Of a stretch of DNA of 64,000 nucleotides, positions 44,784-53,818 are shown piece after piece. Positions within the stretch are counted from its first letter, which is position 1, and each line of letters begins with the position of its first letter. The position numbers were made by a program, and so were the translations under genes. The notes under the pieces were generated by a model. That model did no database searches. It worked only from the letters and a program-made list of their open reading frames with translations, and had not been told where the DNA came from. This DNA is from an uncultured Verrucomicrobiota bacterium (GTDB taxonomy: Bacteria > Verrucomicrobiota > Kiritimatiellia > JAAZAB01): contig CAZYXU010000001.1 in NCBI GenBank assembly GCA_964650945.1, forward strand, positions 32,474 to 96,473. Direction: 5' to 3'.

Positions 44784-45853
44784 AAACGCACTTCCCGGCC
44801 GGTTTTCGCGGACTGATAGATGGCGTCCAGAATTTTTTGGACCACCAGCGCCTGTTCCATGGTGACATCCCGCTGGTCCCTGCCCAGGATCACATCCAGC
44901 CAATGCGCTTGGCGGCTGGCGAGCGGATGGCGCAGCGGAATGTTTTGCGGCTCAACGACCTCGTATTCGCCCGGGTTTTTGCCGTAGCGGAAAACTTTGG
45001 CCGCAAAGGCTTCGGCGCCGGCTTCCGTGCCGAACAGTTCCAGTCCGTTTTTGTTGTCCTGCTCGGCATGCCGCGCCCAACTGGCTTCCAAGGTCAGCGT
45101 AACGCCGCCGGCCAGGCGGATGAAGGCGATGCCGGCATCGTCCACGTCAAACCGGTTTTTGCCGATGTCGCTTTTACCCCATTTGCCTTCGCCCAATCCG
45201 CGCGGTCCGAACTTGGAATAAACCGCGCCGGTAACGGCCAATGGCCTCCAGTTGTCCAGCAGGTAAAGCGCCGCGTCGAGCGCATGCACGCCGATGTCGA
45301 GGATCGCGCCGCCGCCGGCCAGTTGCTGCTGGCTGAACCATGTGCCGAATTTCGGGCAGCCGCTGCGCCGCAGCCAATAGGCCTTGGCTTGATAAATCTC
45401 GCCGAATTCGCCGCGCTTGGCCAACGCCTTGATGGTCTGGATTTTCTTGTTGAACCGCATGTTCATCGCCGGCATCAGGACGCGTTTGTGTTTGCGCGCG
45501 GCCTCGGCGATCCGCCGCGCCTCGCCGTAATTCAGCGCCATGGGTTTTTCCAGCAACACGTGCTTGCCGGCCGACAGCGCCGCCAGGCTGACAGGCAGGT
45601 GCAGGTAATTCGGCAGACCGATGATCACGGCGTCAATCTCAGGGTCGGCAATCAACTTCCGCAGGTCGGTGTAAATTTTTGGGATTTGGAATTTATCCGC
45701 CATGGCGCGGCAGCGTTCGGCGCTGCTGTCGGCGATGGCCGCCACCCGCGCGTCGGGATATGCCTTGACGCCGTTGGCATGGTCAACGGCAATCGCGCCC
45801 GCGCCGATGATGCCGACATTGATGGTGTGGTTGGTGGCCGCCGTTTTTTTCAT
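44780..45853 (-). CDS. Gfo/Idh/MocA family NAD(P)-dependent oxidoreductase
   Basis: VGIIGAGAIA Rossmann start, EKPMAL motif and C-terminal alpha/beta domain. Confidence 0.85.
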   Translation of the reverse strand: MKKTAATNHTINVGIIGAGAIAVDHANGVKAYPDARVAAIADSSAERCRAMADKFQIPKIYTDLRKLIADPEIDAVIIGLPNYLHLPVSLAALSAGKHVLLEKPMALNYGEARRIAEAARKHKRVLMPAMNMRFNKKIQTIKALAKRGEFGEIYQAKAYWLRRSGCPKFGTWFSQQQLAGGGAILDIGVHALDAALYLLDNWRPLAVTGAVYSKFGPRGLGEGKWGKSDIGKNRFDVDDAGIAFIRLAGGVTLTLEASWARHAEQDNKNGLELFGTEAGAEAFAAKVFRYGKNPGEYEVVEPQNIPLRHPLASRQAHWLDVILGRDQRDVTMEQALVVQKILDAIYQSAKTGREVRL

Positions 45854-45887
45854 GTTTTGCTCGCTCCGCTATGATCACCCGTTGATG

Positions 45888-46664
45888 TTAAATTTTACCC
45901 ATTGCGCGCAAGGCTTCCAAGGAGCGCCGGACGCTTTCCATGGGCGGGTAGGGCCGGTACTCCTCCTCCACAATATACCATTGCGTGCCGCCGATGGTTT
46001 CGCACAACTCGAAGACAGTCGGCCAGGGGACCTCGCCTTCGCCGATCAGCGCCTTGGGCTTGGCGGCGGAATATTCCTTGAGATGCACCGTTTCCGCCCG
46101 CCCGGCATAGCGCTGCAAGTAGTCCGCCGCCAGGCCGCCGCCGCGCAGGGCGTTGCCGGTGTCGAATTGCATGATGACTTCGCGGCGGGTGGCGTCAAAA
46201 AAAACATCCCAGGGCCGCCGCCCTTCCAGCAGTTCGAACTCCATCCAGTGATTGTGGTAGCCGACGCGCAAATCGCGCGCGGCCGCCTTTTCGGCCATTT
46301 GGTTGAAAAAATCCGCCAGCCGGCGCCAGTCGTCCAGCGTCTTGCGGCGCTCCGCCGGGATGCCGGGGACAATCAGGTAGCGGTTGCCCAGCGCCTGGTT
46401 GAAGTCGGCGTTGGCCTCCCAGTTGGCCGGTTCGAATTGCGCGAGGTGGATGTGGGCGCCGGCGGGCCGCAGACCGTTGTCCGCCAGCATTTTTTTTAAT
46501 TCCGCGGCCGGGTGATTATGCCAGCCCGCGAATTCCACGCCGGCATACCCCATTTCCGCCACCGCCTTCAGCGTGCCCGCGAGATCGCGCGCGCAATCTT
46601 CGCGGACGGAATAAAGCTGCAAGGCGATCGGGAGGCGTTTCATTTTTTTCTCCTGGTTTTCCAA
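45888..46664 (-). CDS. Sugar phosphate isomerase/epimerase (xylose-isomerase-like TIM barrel)
   Basis: GYAGVEF, HNH and ...E... metal ligand spacing typical of AP_endonuc_2 / xylose-isomerase-like TIM barrels. Confidence 0.8.
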   Translation of the reverse strand: MENQEKKMKRLPIALQLYSVREDCARDLAGTLKAVAEMGYAGVEFAGWHNHPAAELKKMLADNGLRPAGAHIHLAQFEPANWEANADFNQALGNRYLIVPGIPAERRKTLDDWRRLADFFNQMAEKAAARDLRVGYHNHWMEFELLEGRRPWDVFFDATRREVIMQFDTGNALRGGGLAADYLQRYAGRAETVHLKEYSAAKPKALIGEGEVPWPTVFELCETIGGTQWYIVEEEYRPYPPMESVRRSLEALRAMGKI

Positions 46665-46778
46665 ACGTGAGAGTTGAAAGGACTCAATTTACTTGCAGAA
46701 AATAGCAGAAAAATCATCAGCGTCAATTATATTTGCGCCGGGGGATCGATGCCGGCGCGGCCGGTTTCCGGCATGACG

Positions 46779-47621
46779 TCATTTGGCCAGAAATTGGCCG
46801 GCAGTCTCGCCGGCCACCTGGCGGAAAACGCGCATGAAATACGCCGGATCGGCGTACCCGACCTGCGTGGCGGCATCCTTGATGGGGACGCCATGGGCGA
46901 GCAATGACTTGGCGCGCGCGATGCGTTGCGCCGCAATGAAGGCCACGGGCGCGCGGCCGGTATAACTTTCAAATAAACGCCGGAAATGCGGAATGCTCAA
47001 ATGCGCCAGTTGGGCGAGTTCCGCCACCGGCAGCCGCGTTTCCAGCCGCCGGCCAATGTAATCCACCACCGCCGCCAGCGCCGCCTCGTGCGCGTGCCCC
47101 CGCAGTTGGCGCCGCCGGCGGAGTTCCGCCAGCATTTTTAACAGAATGATCTTGCGTTCCATGGCGGCGGTCAGGTCTTCGCCATCCATGCAGCGCGCCA
47201 GCGCGAAGAAAGCCTCGCGGACGGCGGCCGCGGCATGCTGGAAAACCGGCGCGCGGGTGTCCAGCAACTGTAAATCCATCAGGAGCTGGGCTTCCGGACC
47301 GCTCCACACGATCCAACGCGTAAACCACGCGGCGCCGGGCGCGTAAGCGGCCGGCTCGGCGGGCGTCAGGAAAATCACATCGCCCGTCCGCAATACGCCC
47401 TGGCCGCGATTCTGCATGACATACCGCCCCGCGCCTTCTTCCACCGCCACCGCGGCGTATTGCCCTAAAATCCGCAAATGCCTCAACTCGCGCGGAGCGT
47501 TGCCCCCCGCGCCAATCCGGTCCACCCATAGTCCCAGCCGCTGTTCGAAAGGGCTGGGCTGGCGGAACCGGGTTTCACGCCAGACCGGCAGTGCGGCAAT
47601 ATCGGTGATTGATTTATCCAT
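46779..47621 (-). CDS. AraC-family transcriptional regulator (cupin-like N-terminus + HTH_18)
   Basis: C-terminal AELAQLAHLSIPHFRRLFESYTGRAPVAFIAAQRIARAKSLL dual-HTH. Divergently oriented to the gene at 47788. Confidence 0.8.
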   Translation of the reverse strand: MDKSITDIAALPVWRETRFRQPSPFEQRLGLWVDRIGAGGNAPRELRHLRILGQYAAVAVEEGAGRYVMQNRGQGVLRTGDVIFLTPAEPAAYAPGAAWFTRWIVWSGPEAQLLMDLQLLDTRAPVFQHAAAAVREAFFALARCMDGEDLTAAMERKIILLKMLAELRRRRQLRGHAHEAALAAVVDYIGRRLETRLPVAELAQLAHLSIPHFRRLFESYTGRAPVAFIAAQRIARAKSLLAHGVPIKDAATQVGYADPAYFMRVFRQVAGETAGQFLAK

Positions 47622-47787
47622 AAAATTGATTTTTCCGTCAATTGATTTTGTCAGGCAATACAATAGAATCAGACGATAAAAAAACAAGCGCTAAATTTTT
47701 AATATGATTGTTTTGTTCGAAAACGTGAAAGATCCTGCCGGCGGTTTTGCCGGTTGAACCGTAAATACCAGTGGAAGGAGTCGTCCG

Positions 47788-48933
47788 ATGAATGCCCGTG
47801 AACGCATGCTGGCCGCCCTGAAGTTTGGTCAACCGGATCGCATCCCGCTGGCTCCCGGTGGCGGCCGTGAATCCACCTTGAAACGCTGGCATGCCGAAGG
47901 GCTGCCGGAGGGGGTAAGTTATCAGGAATACGCCTACCGGCAGGCCGGCGGCAAGCTGGATTTTCCGCCGCCATCCACCCCCAAGCTCAGTTTTCCCCTC
48001 AAATTCGCGATGATCCCGGAATTCGAGCAAAAAGTTATCGAACGCCGCGCAAATTCGCAGGTGGTGCAGGACTGGAAGGGGAATATTTGCGAGATCGGCC
48101 TGGAATATTCGGCGGAATATCTGGGCGGGCAGAACAGCAAAAAATTCGATTTTGTCACCCGCCGCTGGATTAAATGCCCGGTGGAAAACCGCGCCGATTG
48201 GGCGGAAATGCAGCGGCGGTACGATCCGGCGGCGGCGGAGCGGCTGGCGGCGGATGCGGCCGCGAACGGCGCGCAACTGCAGGCCCGCAACTGGTTCATG
48301 CAGTGGGGGCTTTCCGGGCCGTTCTGGCAACTGCGGGAATGGCTGGGCTTCGAGAATCTCTGCACGATGTTTTATGACGACCCGGGGCTGGTGCGCGATA
48401 TGATCGCCTTCTGGGAGGATTTTGTGGCCCGGCTTTTGCGGCGCGCCCTGGATTGCGTTGTCCCGGACAGCGTGCATGTTTCCGAGGACATGGCCTACAA
48501 GGGGTTTTCCATGATCTCGCCGGCCATGGTCCGGGAATTCCTGTTGCCGACCTGGAAACGCTGGGGGGCGCTCATCCGCGGCGCCGGGGTGCCGGTCTAT
48601 GCCATGGATTCGGACGGGTTCATCGGCGAATTGATCCCCCTTTGGATTGAAGCCGGCGTCAATGTCTGCGATCCGATTGAAGTCGCCGCGGGCAACGACA
48701 TCAATGCGTTCCGCAAAAAATTCGGCCGCAACATGGCTTATCGCGGCGGCGTGGACAAGCGTGCCATGGCGCGTGGCGGGCGGGTGATCGCCGCTGAAAT
48801 CGCCCGGTTGCAGCCGGTGATTAACGGCGGCGGATATGTGCCGGGCTGCGATCACGGGATTCCGCCGGACGTTTCCTGGCCGAATTTCGTGGAATATGTC
48901 GGGCGGCTGGCCCGCGCCATTGGCTGGTTGTAG
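47788..48933 (+). CDS. Uroporphyrinogen-decarboxylase (URO-D) family protein (MtaA/CmuA-like methyltransferase or decarboxylase homologue)
   Basis: 381 aa with a URO-D-like TIM-barrel pattern (MLAALKFGQPDRIPL...DP..); function not assignable from sequence alone. Confidence 0.7.
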   Translation: MNARERMLAALKFGQPDRIPLAPGGGRESTLKRWHAEGLPEGVSYQEYAYRQAGGKLDFPPPSTPKLSFPLKFAMIPEFEQKVIERRANSQVVQDWKGNICEIGLEYSAEYLGGQNSKKFDFVTRRWIKCPVENRADWAEMQRRYDPAAAERLAADAAANGAQLQARNWFMQWGLSGPFWQLREWLGFENLCTMFYDDPGLVRDMIAFWEDFVARLLRRALDCVVPDSVHVSEDMAYKGFSMISPAMVREFLLPTWKRWGALIRGAGVPVYAMDSDGFIGELIPLWIEAGVNVCDPIEVAAGNDINAFRKKFGRNMAYRGGVDKRAMARGGRVIAAEIARLQPVINGGGYVPGCDHGIPPDVSWPNFVEYVGRLARAIGWL

Positions 48934-49119
48934 CCGCTGCCGCCGGTCCGCGCTTGCCGCCCCCCTCCCTGCCGGTAGCGGCCGGGCGCCCCGCCCGGGG
49001 GCGCTTACCCCCGCGCCGTCTGCCGAAAAAAAGAAAAATACAATTGACTTTTTCCCGCTTCTGGTGGATAAAGCGCGGTTTCGGTTGACTTGGCAATGCG
49101 GGGAGCAACGTTGGTGCGC

Positions 49120-50034
49120 ATGGAAATTAGCGCTCATGCTAAGATAAATTTGTTCCTGGAGGTGTTGGGCCGGCGTCCGGACGGGTTCCATGAAATTCGG
49201 AGCGTGTTGACGCCGATCACCCTGGCCGACCGCCTGGTGATTGAGCCGACGGACGGCTTGCTGGAATTGTTGACGCCCGACCAGGTGCAATTGGAAGGCA
49301 TGCCTGATCCGGTGGCCCTCTGCCCGGCGCAGGAAAACCTGGTGTTCAAGGCCGCCCGCCTGTTGCGGGAAAAAACCGGGTGCCGGCAGGGAGCGCGCAT
49401 TTCCCTCGAAAAGCTGGTGCCGGTTGCCGGCGGTTTGGGCGGCGGCAGCGCCGATGCCGCCGCCGCCCTGACGGCTTTGAACCGGCTCTGGAAAACGGGG
49501 CTGTCCCGGACAGCCCTGATGGAATTGTCCAGCCGGCTGGGGTGCGACATCCCGGCGCTCGTGCATGGCGGCGCGGTATGCATGACCGGCCGGGGCGAGC
49601 TGGTGCAGCCGGTGCAATGGCGCGCGGGCTGGCGGCCGTGGGTGTTGCTGGTGAACCCCGGGTTTGGCGTGTCCACGGGGGATATTTACGGAAGATACAG
49701 ACCGGACTTGACTTCCGCTTCGAAAAAAACTACATTTAAAGACTTGCTTGCCGCCTTGAACGGCGGCGATGCGCAGGGGTTGGCGGCCGGCTTGCATAAC
49801 GACCTGCAAAAGACAGTCTTCGACAAGTATCCCTTGCTGGAGATGCTTGCCGGCCGGTTGGTCCAACTCGGCGCCGCGGCGGTGTTGCTGTCCGGCTCCG
49901 GGGCCACGCTTTTTGCCCTGGTGCGGAGCGAGGCGCATGGCCGGGAATTGGCGGCGGCATTGCGGCGCGCCATGGATTGCCAGTTGTGGACCAGCGTGGC
50001 GCAAATTGCGGGCGACCTGCGCCCGGAATTTTGA
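49120..50034 (+). CDS. ispE: 4-diphosphocytidyl-2-C-methyl-D-erythritol kinase
   Basis: AHAKINLFLEVLGRRPDGFHEI, VPVAGGLGGGSADAAAAL (GHMP kinase ATP motif). Confidence 0.85.
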   Translation: MEISAHAKINLFLEVLGRRPDGFHEIRSVLTPITLADRLVIEPTDGLLELLTPDQVQLEGMPDPVALCPAQENLVFKAARLLREKTGCRQGARISLEKLVPVAGGLGGGSADAAAALTALNRLWKTGLSRTALMELSSRLGCDIPALVHGGAVCMTGRGELVQPVQWRAGWRPWVLLVNPGFGVSTGDIYGRYRPDLTSASKKTTFKDLLAALNGGDAQGLAAGLHNDLQKTVFDKYPLLEMLAGRLVQLGAAAVLLSGSGATLFALVRSEAHGRELAAALRRAMDCQLWTSVAQIAGDLRPEF

Positions 50035-50073
50035 GGGAAGGATGACCGCGGCGCTGTCGGCGGGCCAGGCGAT

Positions 50074-50144
50074 TGCCCGATGGTGTAATGGCAGCACACG
50101 GCCCTTTGGAGGCCAGAGTCCAGGTTCGAGTCCTGGTCGGGCAA
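50074..50144 (+). tRNA. tRNA-Gln (anticodon TTG), CCA not encoded
   Basis: Acceptor TGCCCGA/TCGGGCA (U1-A72), anticodon loop CTTTGGA, T-arm CCAGG-TTCGAGT-CCTGG. The first anticodon-stem pair is a C/A mismatch, which lowers confidence. Confidence 0.7.
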
Positions 50145-50159
50145 CGGTGATAATTGACG

Positions 50160-50195
50160 CGCGCGGGCGCGGCGGCAGCAAGCCGCGCCCGCGCG
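50160..50195 (+). other. Perfect 14-bp GC hairpin (CGCGCGGGCGCGGC-GGCAGCAA-GCCGCGCCCGCGCG), 16 nt after the tRNA-Gln(TTG) 3' end. Possible tRNA transcript processing or termination structure.
   Basis: Read directly; not followed by a canonical T-run (TTGATG only). Confidence 0.35.
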
Positions 50196-50223
50196 GTTGA
50201 TGAAAAACGTTAGGAGTAGAACA

Positions 50224-51153
50224 GTGAAAATTTTCACGGGCAGCGCCAACCCCGGGTTGGCTGAAGGCATCGCGCGCAATCTGGGCATCCCGCTGGGCGA
50301 GATTCAAATCGTGCGTTTCCCCGACGGGGAAATTTCGGTCAAGATCATTGAAAACATCCGCGGCAAGGATGTCTTCATCATTCAGCCGACCTGCCACCCG
50401 GCGAATGAAAACATCATGGAGCTGCTGATCGTCATTGACGCCATGCGCCGGGCCTCCGCCGCCCGCATCACCGCCGTCATGCCCTTCTACGGCTACGGCC
50501 GGCAGGACCGCAAGGATCAACCCCGCGTGCCGATCACCGCCAAGCTGGTCGCCAACCTGCTGACGGCGGCCGGGGCGCACCGGCTCCTCGCCATGGACTT
50601 GCACGCCCAGCAAATCCAGGGGTTTTTCGACATCCCGGTGGACCACCTTTACGCCTCGCCGGTGCTGGTGAAGTACCTGCGGGAAAAAAATCTCGGCAAC
50701 CTGGTGGTGGTTTCGCCGGATCCCGGCGGCATGAAGATGGCCTACGCCTATTCCCGCATGCTGCATTCCGGCCTGGCGATTGTCGCCAAACAACGCACCA
50801 GCCCCTCGGAAGTCGAAGCCTTCAACCTGGTGGGCGAGGTCGAGGGCAAAACCGCCGTCCTCGTGGACGACTTGATCACCACCGGCGGCACCTTGAGCGC
50901 CGCGGCGGCGCTGCTGCGGCGGCATGGCGCGGTGGAGGTCTTCGCCGCGGTCACCCACCCGGTGTTCATCCCGACCGCTTTCGACCGCCTGGCCGGCTGC
51001 GCCATCAAGGAATTCGTGGTCACGGACAGCGTGCCGCTGCGGCAGCCCACTGATAAAATTCAAATCACCGTCTTGACGGTGGCCGATCTGCTGGCGGAAG
51101 CCATCCGGCGCATTCACAGCAATCAATCGGTGTCGTCGCTGTTTCACATTTAG
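50224..51153 (+). CDS. prs: Ribose-phosphate pyrophosphokinase
   Basis: GTG start 7 nt after an AGGAG RBS; VKIFTGSANPGLAEGIA, DLHAQQIQGFFDIPVDHL and VSPDPGG motifs. Confidence 0.9.
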   Translation: MKIFTGSANPGLAEGIARNLGIPLGEIQIVRFPDGEISVKIIENIRGKDVFIIQPTCHPANENIMELLIVIDAMRRASAARITAVMPFYGYGRQDRKDQPRVPITAKLVANLLTAAGAHRLLAMDLHAQQIQGFFDIPVDHLYASPVLVKYLREKNLGNLVVVSPDPGGMKMAYAYSRMLHSGLAIVAKQRTSPSEVEAFNLVGEVEGKTAVLVDDLITTGGTLSAAAALLRRHGAVEVFAAVTHPVFIPTAFDRLAGCAIKEFVVTDSVPLRQPTDKIQITVLTVADLLAEAIRRIHSNQSVSSLFHI

Positions 51154-51171
51154 CGAGGAAAGGATACGCAT

Positions 51172-51954
51172 ATGGTCAAGGAAATGGAAGTCATCAAACT
51201 GGAAGCCCAGCGGCGCGTGGAACTGGGATCGAGCGCGGTTAACCGCTTGCGCCGCGCCGGCTGGCTGCCGGCGGTGGTCTATGATTCAAACGGCAAATCC
51301 CAGCCGGTGCAATTCAACCGCCATGCGTTTGAATTGATGGTGCGCCGGCACGGCGGCCAGAACCTGGTCATGGATATGCAACTTGATGGCGCGGCGGCCC
51401 TGAAGGTTCTGCTGAAGGACGTGCAGCGCGACTGCATTCATGACCACATGCTCCACGTGGATTTGCTGGAAATTTCGATGACCCGCAAACTGCGCATTGA
51501 CGTCGCCCTCCGCCTGGTGGGCGAGCCGCAGGGCGTTACCCAGCAGGGCGGCATCCTGGAGCAGTTGCTGCGCACGGTGCAGATTGAGTGTCTCCCCGCG
51601 GATATCATCCAGGAACTGCCGCTGGACGTGAGCGCCATGAACCTGGACGAGAGCTTGTTTGTCCGCGACTTGAAAACTTCTCCCGCCCTCACCGTTCTGA
51701 CCCCCGGCCATATCGCCGTGGCGTCCGTGCATCTGCCGGCGGCGGAAGAAGAAGTCAAGCCTGCCGAGGAAGAGGCGGCGGCTGAAGGCGCGGCGCCGGC
51801 GGAAGGCGAAGCGGCGGCGAAGGCGGAAGGCGCGGCGGAAGGGAAGCCGGCCAAGGACGGCAAGGAGCCCGCCAAGGATGCCAAGCCGGCGGCCAAGGAT
51901 GCCAAACCGGCGGCCAAGGAGCCGGACAAGAAGGATAAGAAGGAGAAGAAATAA
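51172..51954 (+). CDS. rplY: 50S ribosomal protein L25 / general stress protein Ctc, with a long Ala/Lys/Glu-rich C-terminal tail
   Basis: N-terminal L25 beta-barrel (VIKLEAQRRVELGSSAVNRLRRAGWLPAVVY) and a Ctc-type second domain, then an ~70-aa low-complexity AEEK/AKDAKPAAK tail. Confidence 0.85.
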   Translation: MVKEMEVIKLEAQRRVELGSSAVNRLRRAGWLPAVVYDSNGKSQPVQFNRHAFELMVRRHGGQNLVMDMQLDGAAALKVLLKDVQRDCIHDHMLHVDLLEISMTRKLRIDVALRLVGEPQGVTQQGGILEQLLRTVQIECLPADIIQELPLDVSAMNLDESLFVRDLKTSPALTVLTPGHIAVASVHLPAAEEEVKPAEEEAAAEGAAPAEGEAAAKAEGAAEGKPAKDGKEPAKDAKPAAKDAKPAAKEPDKKDKKEKK

Positions 51955-52019
51955 TTGCCGTGAAATTCGCTTGGTCATGGCCGCCCTGGCGGGCGGGCCG
52001 GCCGGACGGCAAGGGCGGC

Positions 52020-52598
52020 ATGGACATCAAATTGGTCGTGGGACTGGGCAATCCGGAGCCGCGTTACGCGGATACGCCGCATAACGTCGGGTTTGCCGTG
52101 GTGGACCATCTGGCCGGGCAATGGCAATGCCGGTTGCGCCGCAGTTGGCGCTGGCGCGCGCTGGTGGCCCGGCATGCCCGGGACAACCAGCCGGTCTGGC
52201 TGGTCCAGCCGTTGTCATACATGAACAACAGCGGCACGGTGGTGAGCGCGATCATGCGGCAGGCCGGCATCGCGCCGGCCAACCTGGTGGTGGTGCTGGA
52301 TGACGCGGATTTGCCGCTGGGCCGCATCCGCGTGCGCGCCGGCGGCGGCGACGCCGGCCACCGGGGCTTGCGGTCGGTGCGGGAATGTCTGGGGAGCGCG
52401 GATTTTACGCGCATCCGTCTGGGAGTGGGCAGCGAAAACCGCGCCGGCAGCCTGGTGGATTATGTGCTGACCCGCTTCCCGGCGGCGGCGCGTCCGGCGG
52501 TGGCGCAAATGGTCGAACTGGCGGGCGCGGCGGTGTGCATGGTTTTGGATAAAGGTGCGGCGGCGGCGATGAACGAATATAATGCCCGGCAGATTTAA
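52020..52598 (+). CDS. pth: Peptidyl-tRNA hydrolase
   Basis: MDIKLVVGLGNPEPRYADTPHNVGF signature start, HNG and D...GH segments. The upstream 20 codons in the track are not supported. Confidence 0.85.
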   Translation: MDIKLVVGLGNPEPRYADTPHNVGFAVVDHLAGQWQCRLRRSWRWRALVARHARDNQPVWLVQPLSYMNNSGTVVSAIMRQAGIAPANLVVVLDDADLPLGRIRVRAGGGDAGHRGLRSVRECLGSADFTRIRLGVGSENRAGSLVDYVLTRFPAAARPAVAQMVELAGAAVCMVLDKGAAAAMNEYNARQI

Positions 52599-52614
52599 CT
52601 CAAGGAGGTGGGCG

Positions 52615-52950
52615 GTGAAAAAATACGAGGGAATGTTTATTTTTCATCCGGTATCGGATGAACAGTTGGAGGAAAAGATCAACAAGGCCGGTGCGGAGAT
52701 CACCAAGCTGGGCGGTAAAGTCGGCGCCGTGACCCGCATGGGACGCAGCTCCTTCGCCCGGCCGATGCACAAAAAGGATTCCGGCACCTACGTCCTGATG
52801 GCGTTTGAACTGGACCCGCTTCAGGTGGATGCCTTGCGCAAGCGTTACCGCCTGAACGACGATTTGATGCGGGCGCAGGTTTTCCTGGCCGTGGAGCACC
52901 GCGCGCCGCAAGCGGAAGCGCCGGCCGCGGCGGAACCCGCGACGGTCTGA
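52615..52950 (+). CDS. rpsF: 30S ribosomal protein S6
   Basis: GTG start 5 nt after AAGGAGG. KKYEGMFIFHP...GTYVLMAFELDP...RLNDDLMRAQV follows the S6 consensus pattern. Confidence 0.8.
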   Translation: MKKYEGMFIFHPVSDEQLEEKINKAGAEITKLGGKVGAVTRMGRSSFARPMHKKDSGTYVLMAFELDPLQVDALRKRYRLNDDLMRAQVFLAVEHRAPQAEAPAAAEPATV

Positions 52951-53002
52951 CGCCGCCGTGGCGGGATGCGGATGTTTTGAGATTTTTTAACAGGAGGTCA
53001 GA

Positions 53003-53248
53003 TTGAAAAAAGCAAAAAGAATGCCACGTAAACCGCGCAATACCTTCGGGTTTTTTGCCGAGGAAAAACGGTCGCGCTATCTGCAGGGCATCACCCATGT
53101 GGATTACAAGGATCATGAATTGCTCCGGAAATTCATGACCGAGCAGGGCAAAATCATTCCTTGCCGCATTTCCGGCACCACGACCAAACAGCAGCGTCAA
53201 TTGAAAAGCGCCATCCGGCGGGCGCGCACCGTGGGTTTGGTGATGTAA
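53003..53248 (+). CDS. rpsR: 30S ribosomal protein S18
   Basis: [42 protein letters not shown] is the S18 core. Start is either TTG 53003 (5 nt after AGGAGG) or ATG 53021. Confidence 0.85.
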   Translation: MKKAKRMPRKPRNTFGFFAEEKRSRYLQGITHVDYKDHELLRKFMTEQGKIIPCRISGTTTKQQRQLKSAIRRARTVGLVM

Positions 53249-53271
53249 AGGCCGGTCAGGGGGATTTTGCT

Positions 53272-53733
53272 ATGTCGCGCGAATTGATTTTAATGTCGGA
53301 TGTTGACGGGTTGGGCCTGGAAGGCAACATCGTCAAAGTCAGCGAGGGGTATGCCCGTAATTATTTGATTCCCCGCAAGCTGGCCGTGCCGGTGGACAAG
53401 GCCGCCCTGCGGCGCCTGGAGAAAAACCGGAAGGAACGCGAGGACCGCCAGGGGCGGGAATTGGCCGCGGCGCGCGCCAAGGCCGAAGCCCTCGGACAGG
53501 TCTCCTGCACCATTACCGTCAAGGTGGGCGAGGGTGAAAAAATCTTCGGCTCGGTGACGGTGGCGGACATCATGGAGGCGCTGAAAGCCCAGGGCTTTGA
53601 ACTCGAGCGCCGCCGCATCCTGCTGGCCGACCCCATCCGCGAGTTGGGCGTTTATAACGTCAAAATTCGCTTGCACCAGGAGGTCGAGGCGGTGGTGAAG
53701 GTGTGGGTCGTGGACGAGGCGCTGCCGCGCTGA
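53272..53733 (+). CDS. rplI: 50S ribosomal protein L9
   Basis: MSRELILMSDVDGLGLEGNIVKVSEGYARNYLIPRKLAV is a canonical L9 N-domain; a C-terminal domain is present. Confidence 0.85.
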   Translation: MSRELILMSDVDGLGLEGNIVKVSEGYARNYLIPRKLAVPVDKAALRRLEKNRKEREDRQGRELAAARAKAEALGQVSCTITVKVGEGEKIFGSVTVADIMEALKAQGFELERRRILLADPIRELGVYNVKIRLHQEVEAVVKVWVVDEALPR

Positions 53734-53818
53734 CCGCCGGCGCGCCGCCCGCAGGTTTGGAAAACATTGATCCGACGCGCCGGCCGTCCGCCGCGTCATC
53801 CACTCCCGGGAGTGTGTC

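Noticed and set aside
48934-49119. GC-rich hairpin + A-run between the URO-D-family gene and ispE as an intrinsic terminator
   Set aside because: The homopolymer run is A on the + strand, so the U-tract would be on the wrong side for a + strand terminator. On the minus strand it would precede the hairpin. It is therefore not a convincing terminator.
47638-51171. 1177-aa minus-strand ORF spanning ispE, tRNA-Gln and prs
   Set aside because: It is antisense to three well-supported + strand genes and a tRNA. Its low-complexity Arg/Gly/Pro/Ala-rich translation is typical of off-frame reading in 65% GC DNA.
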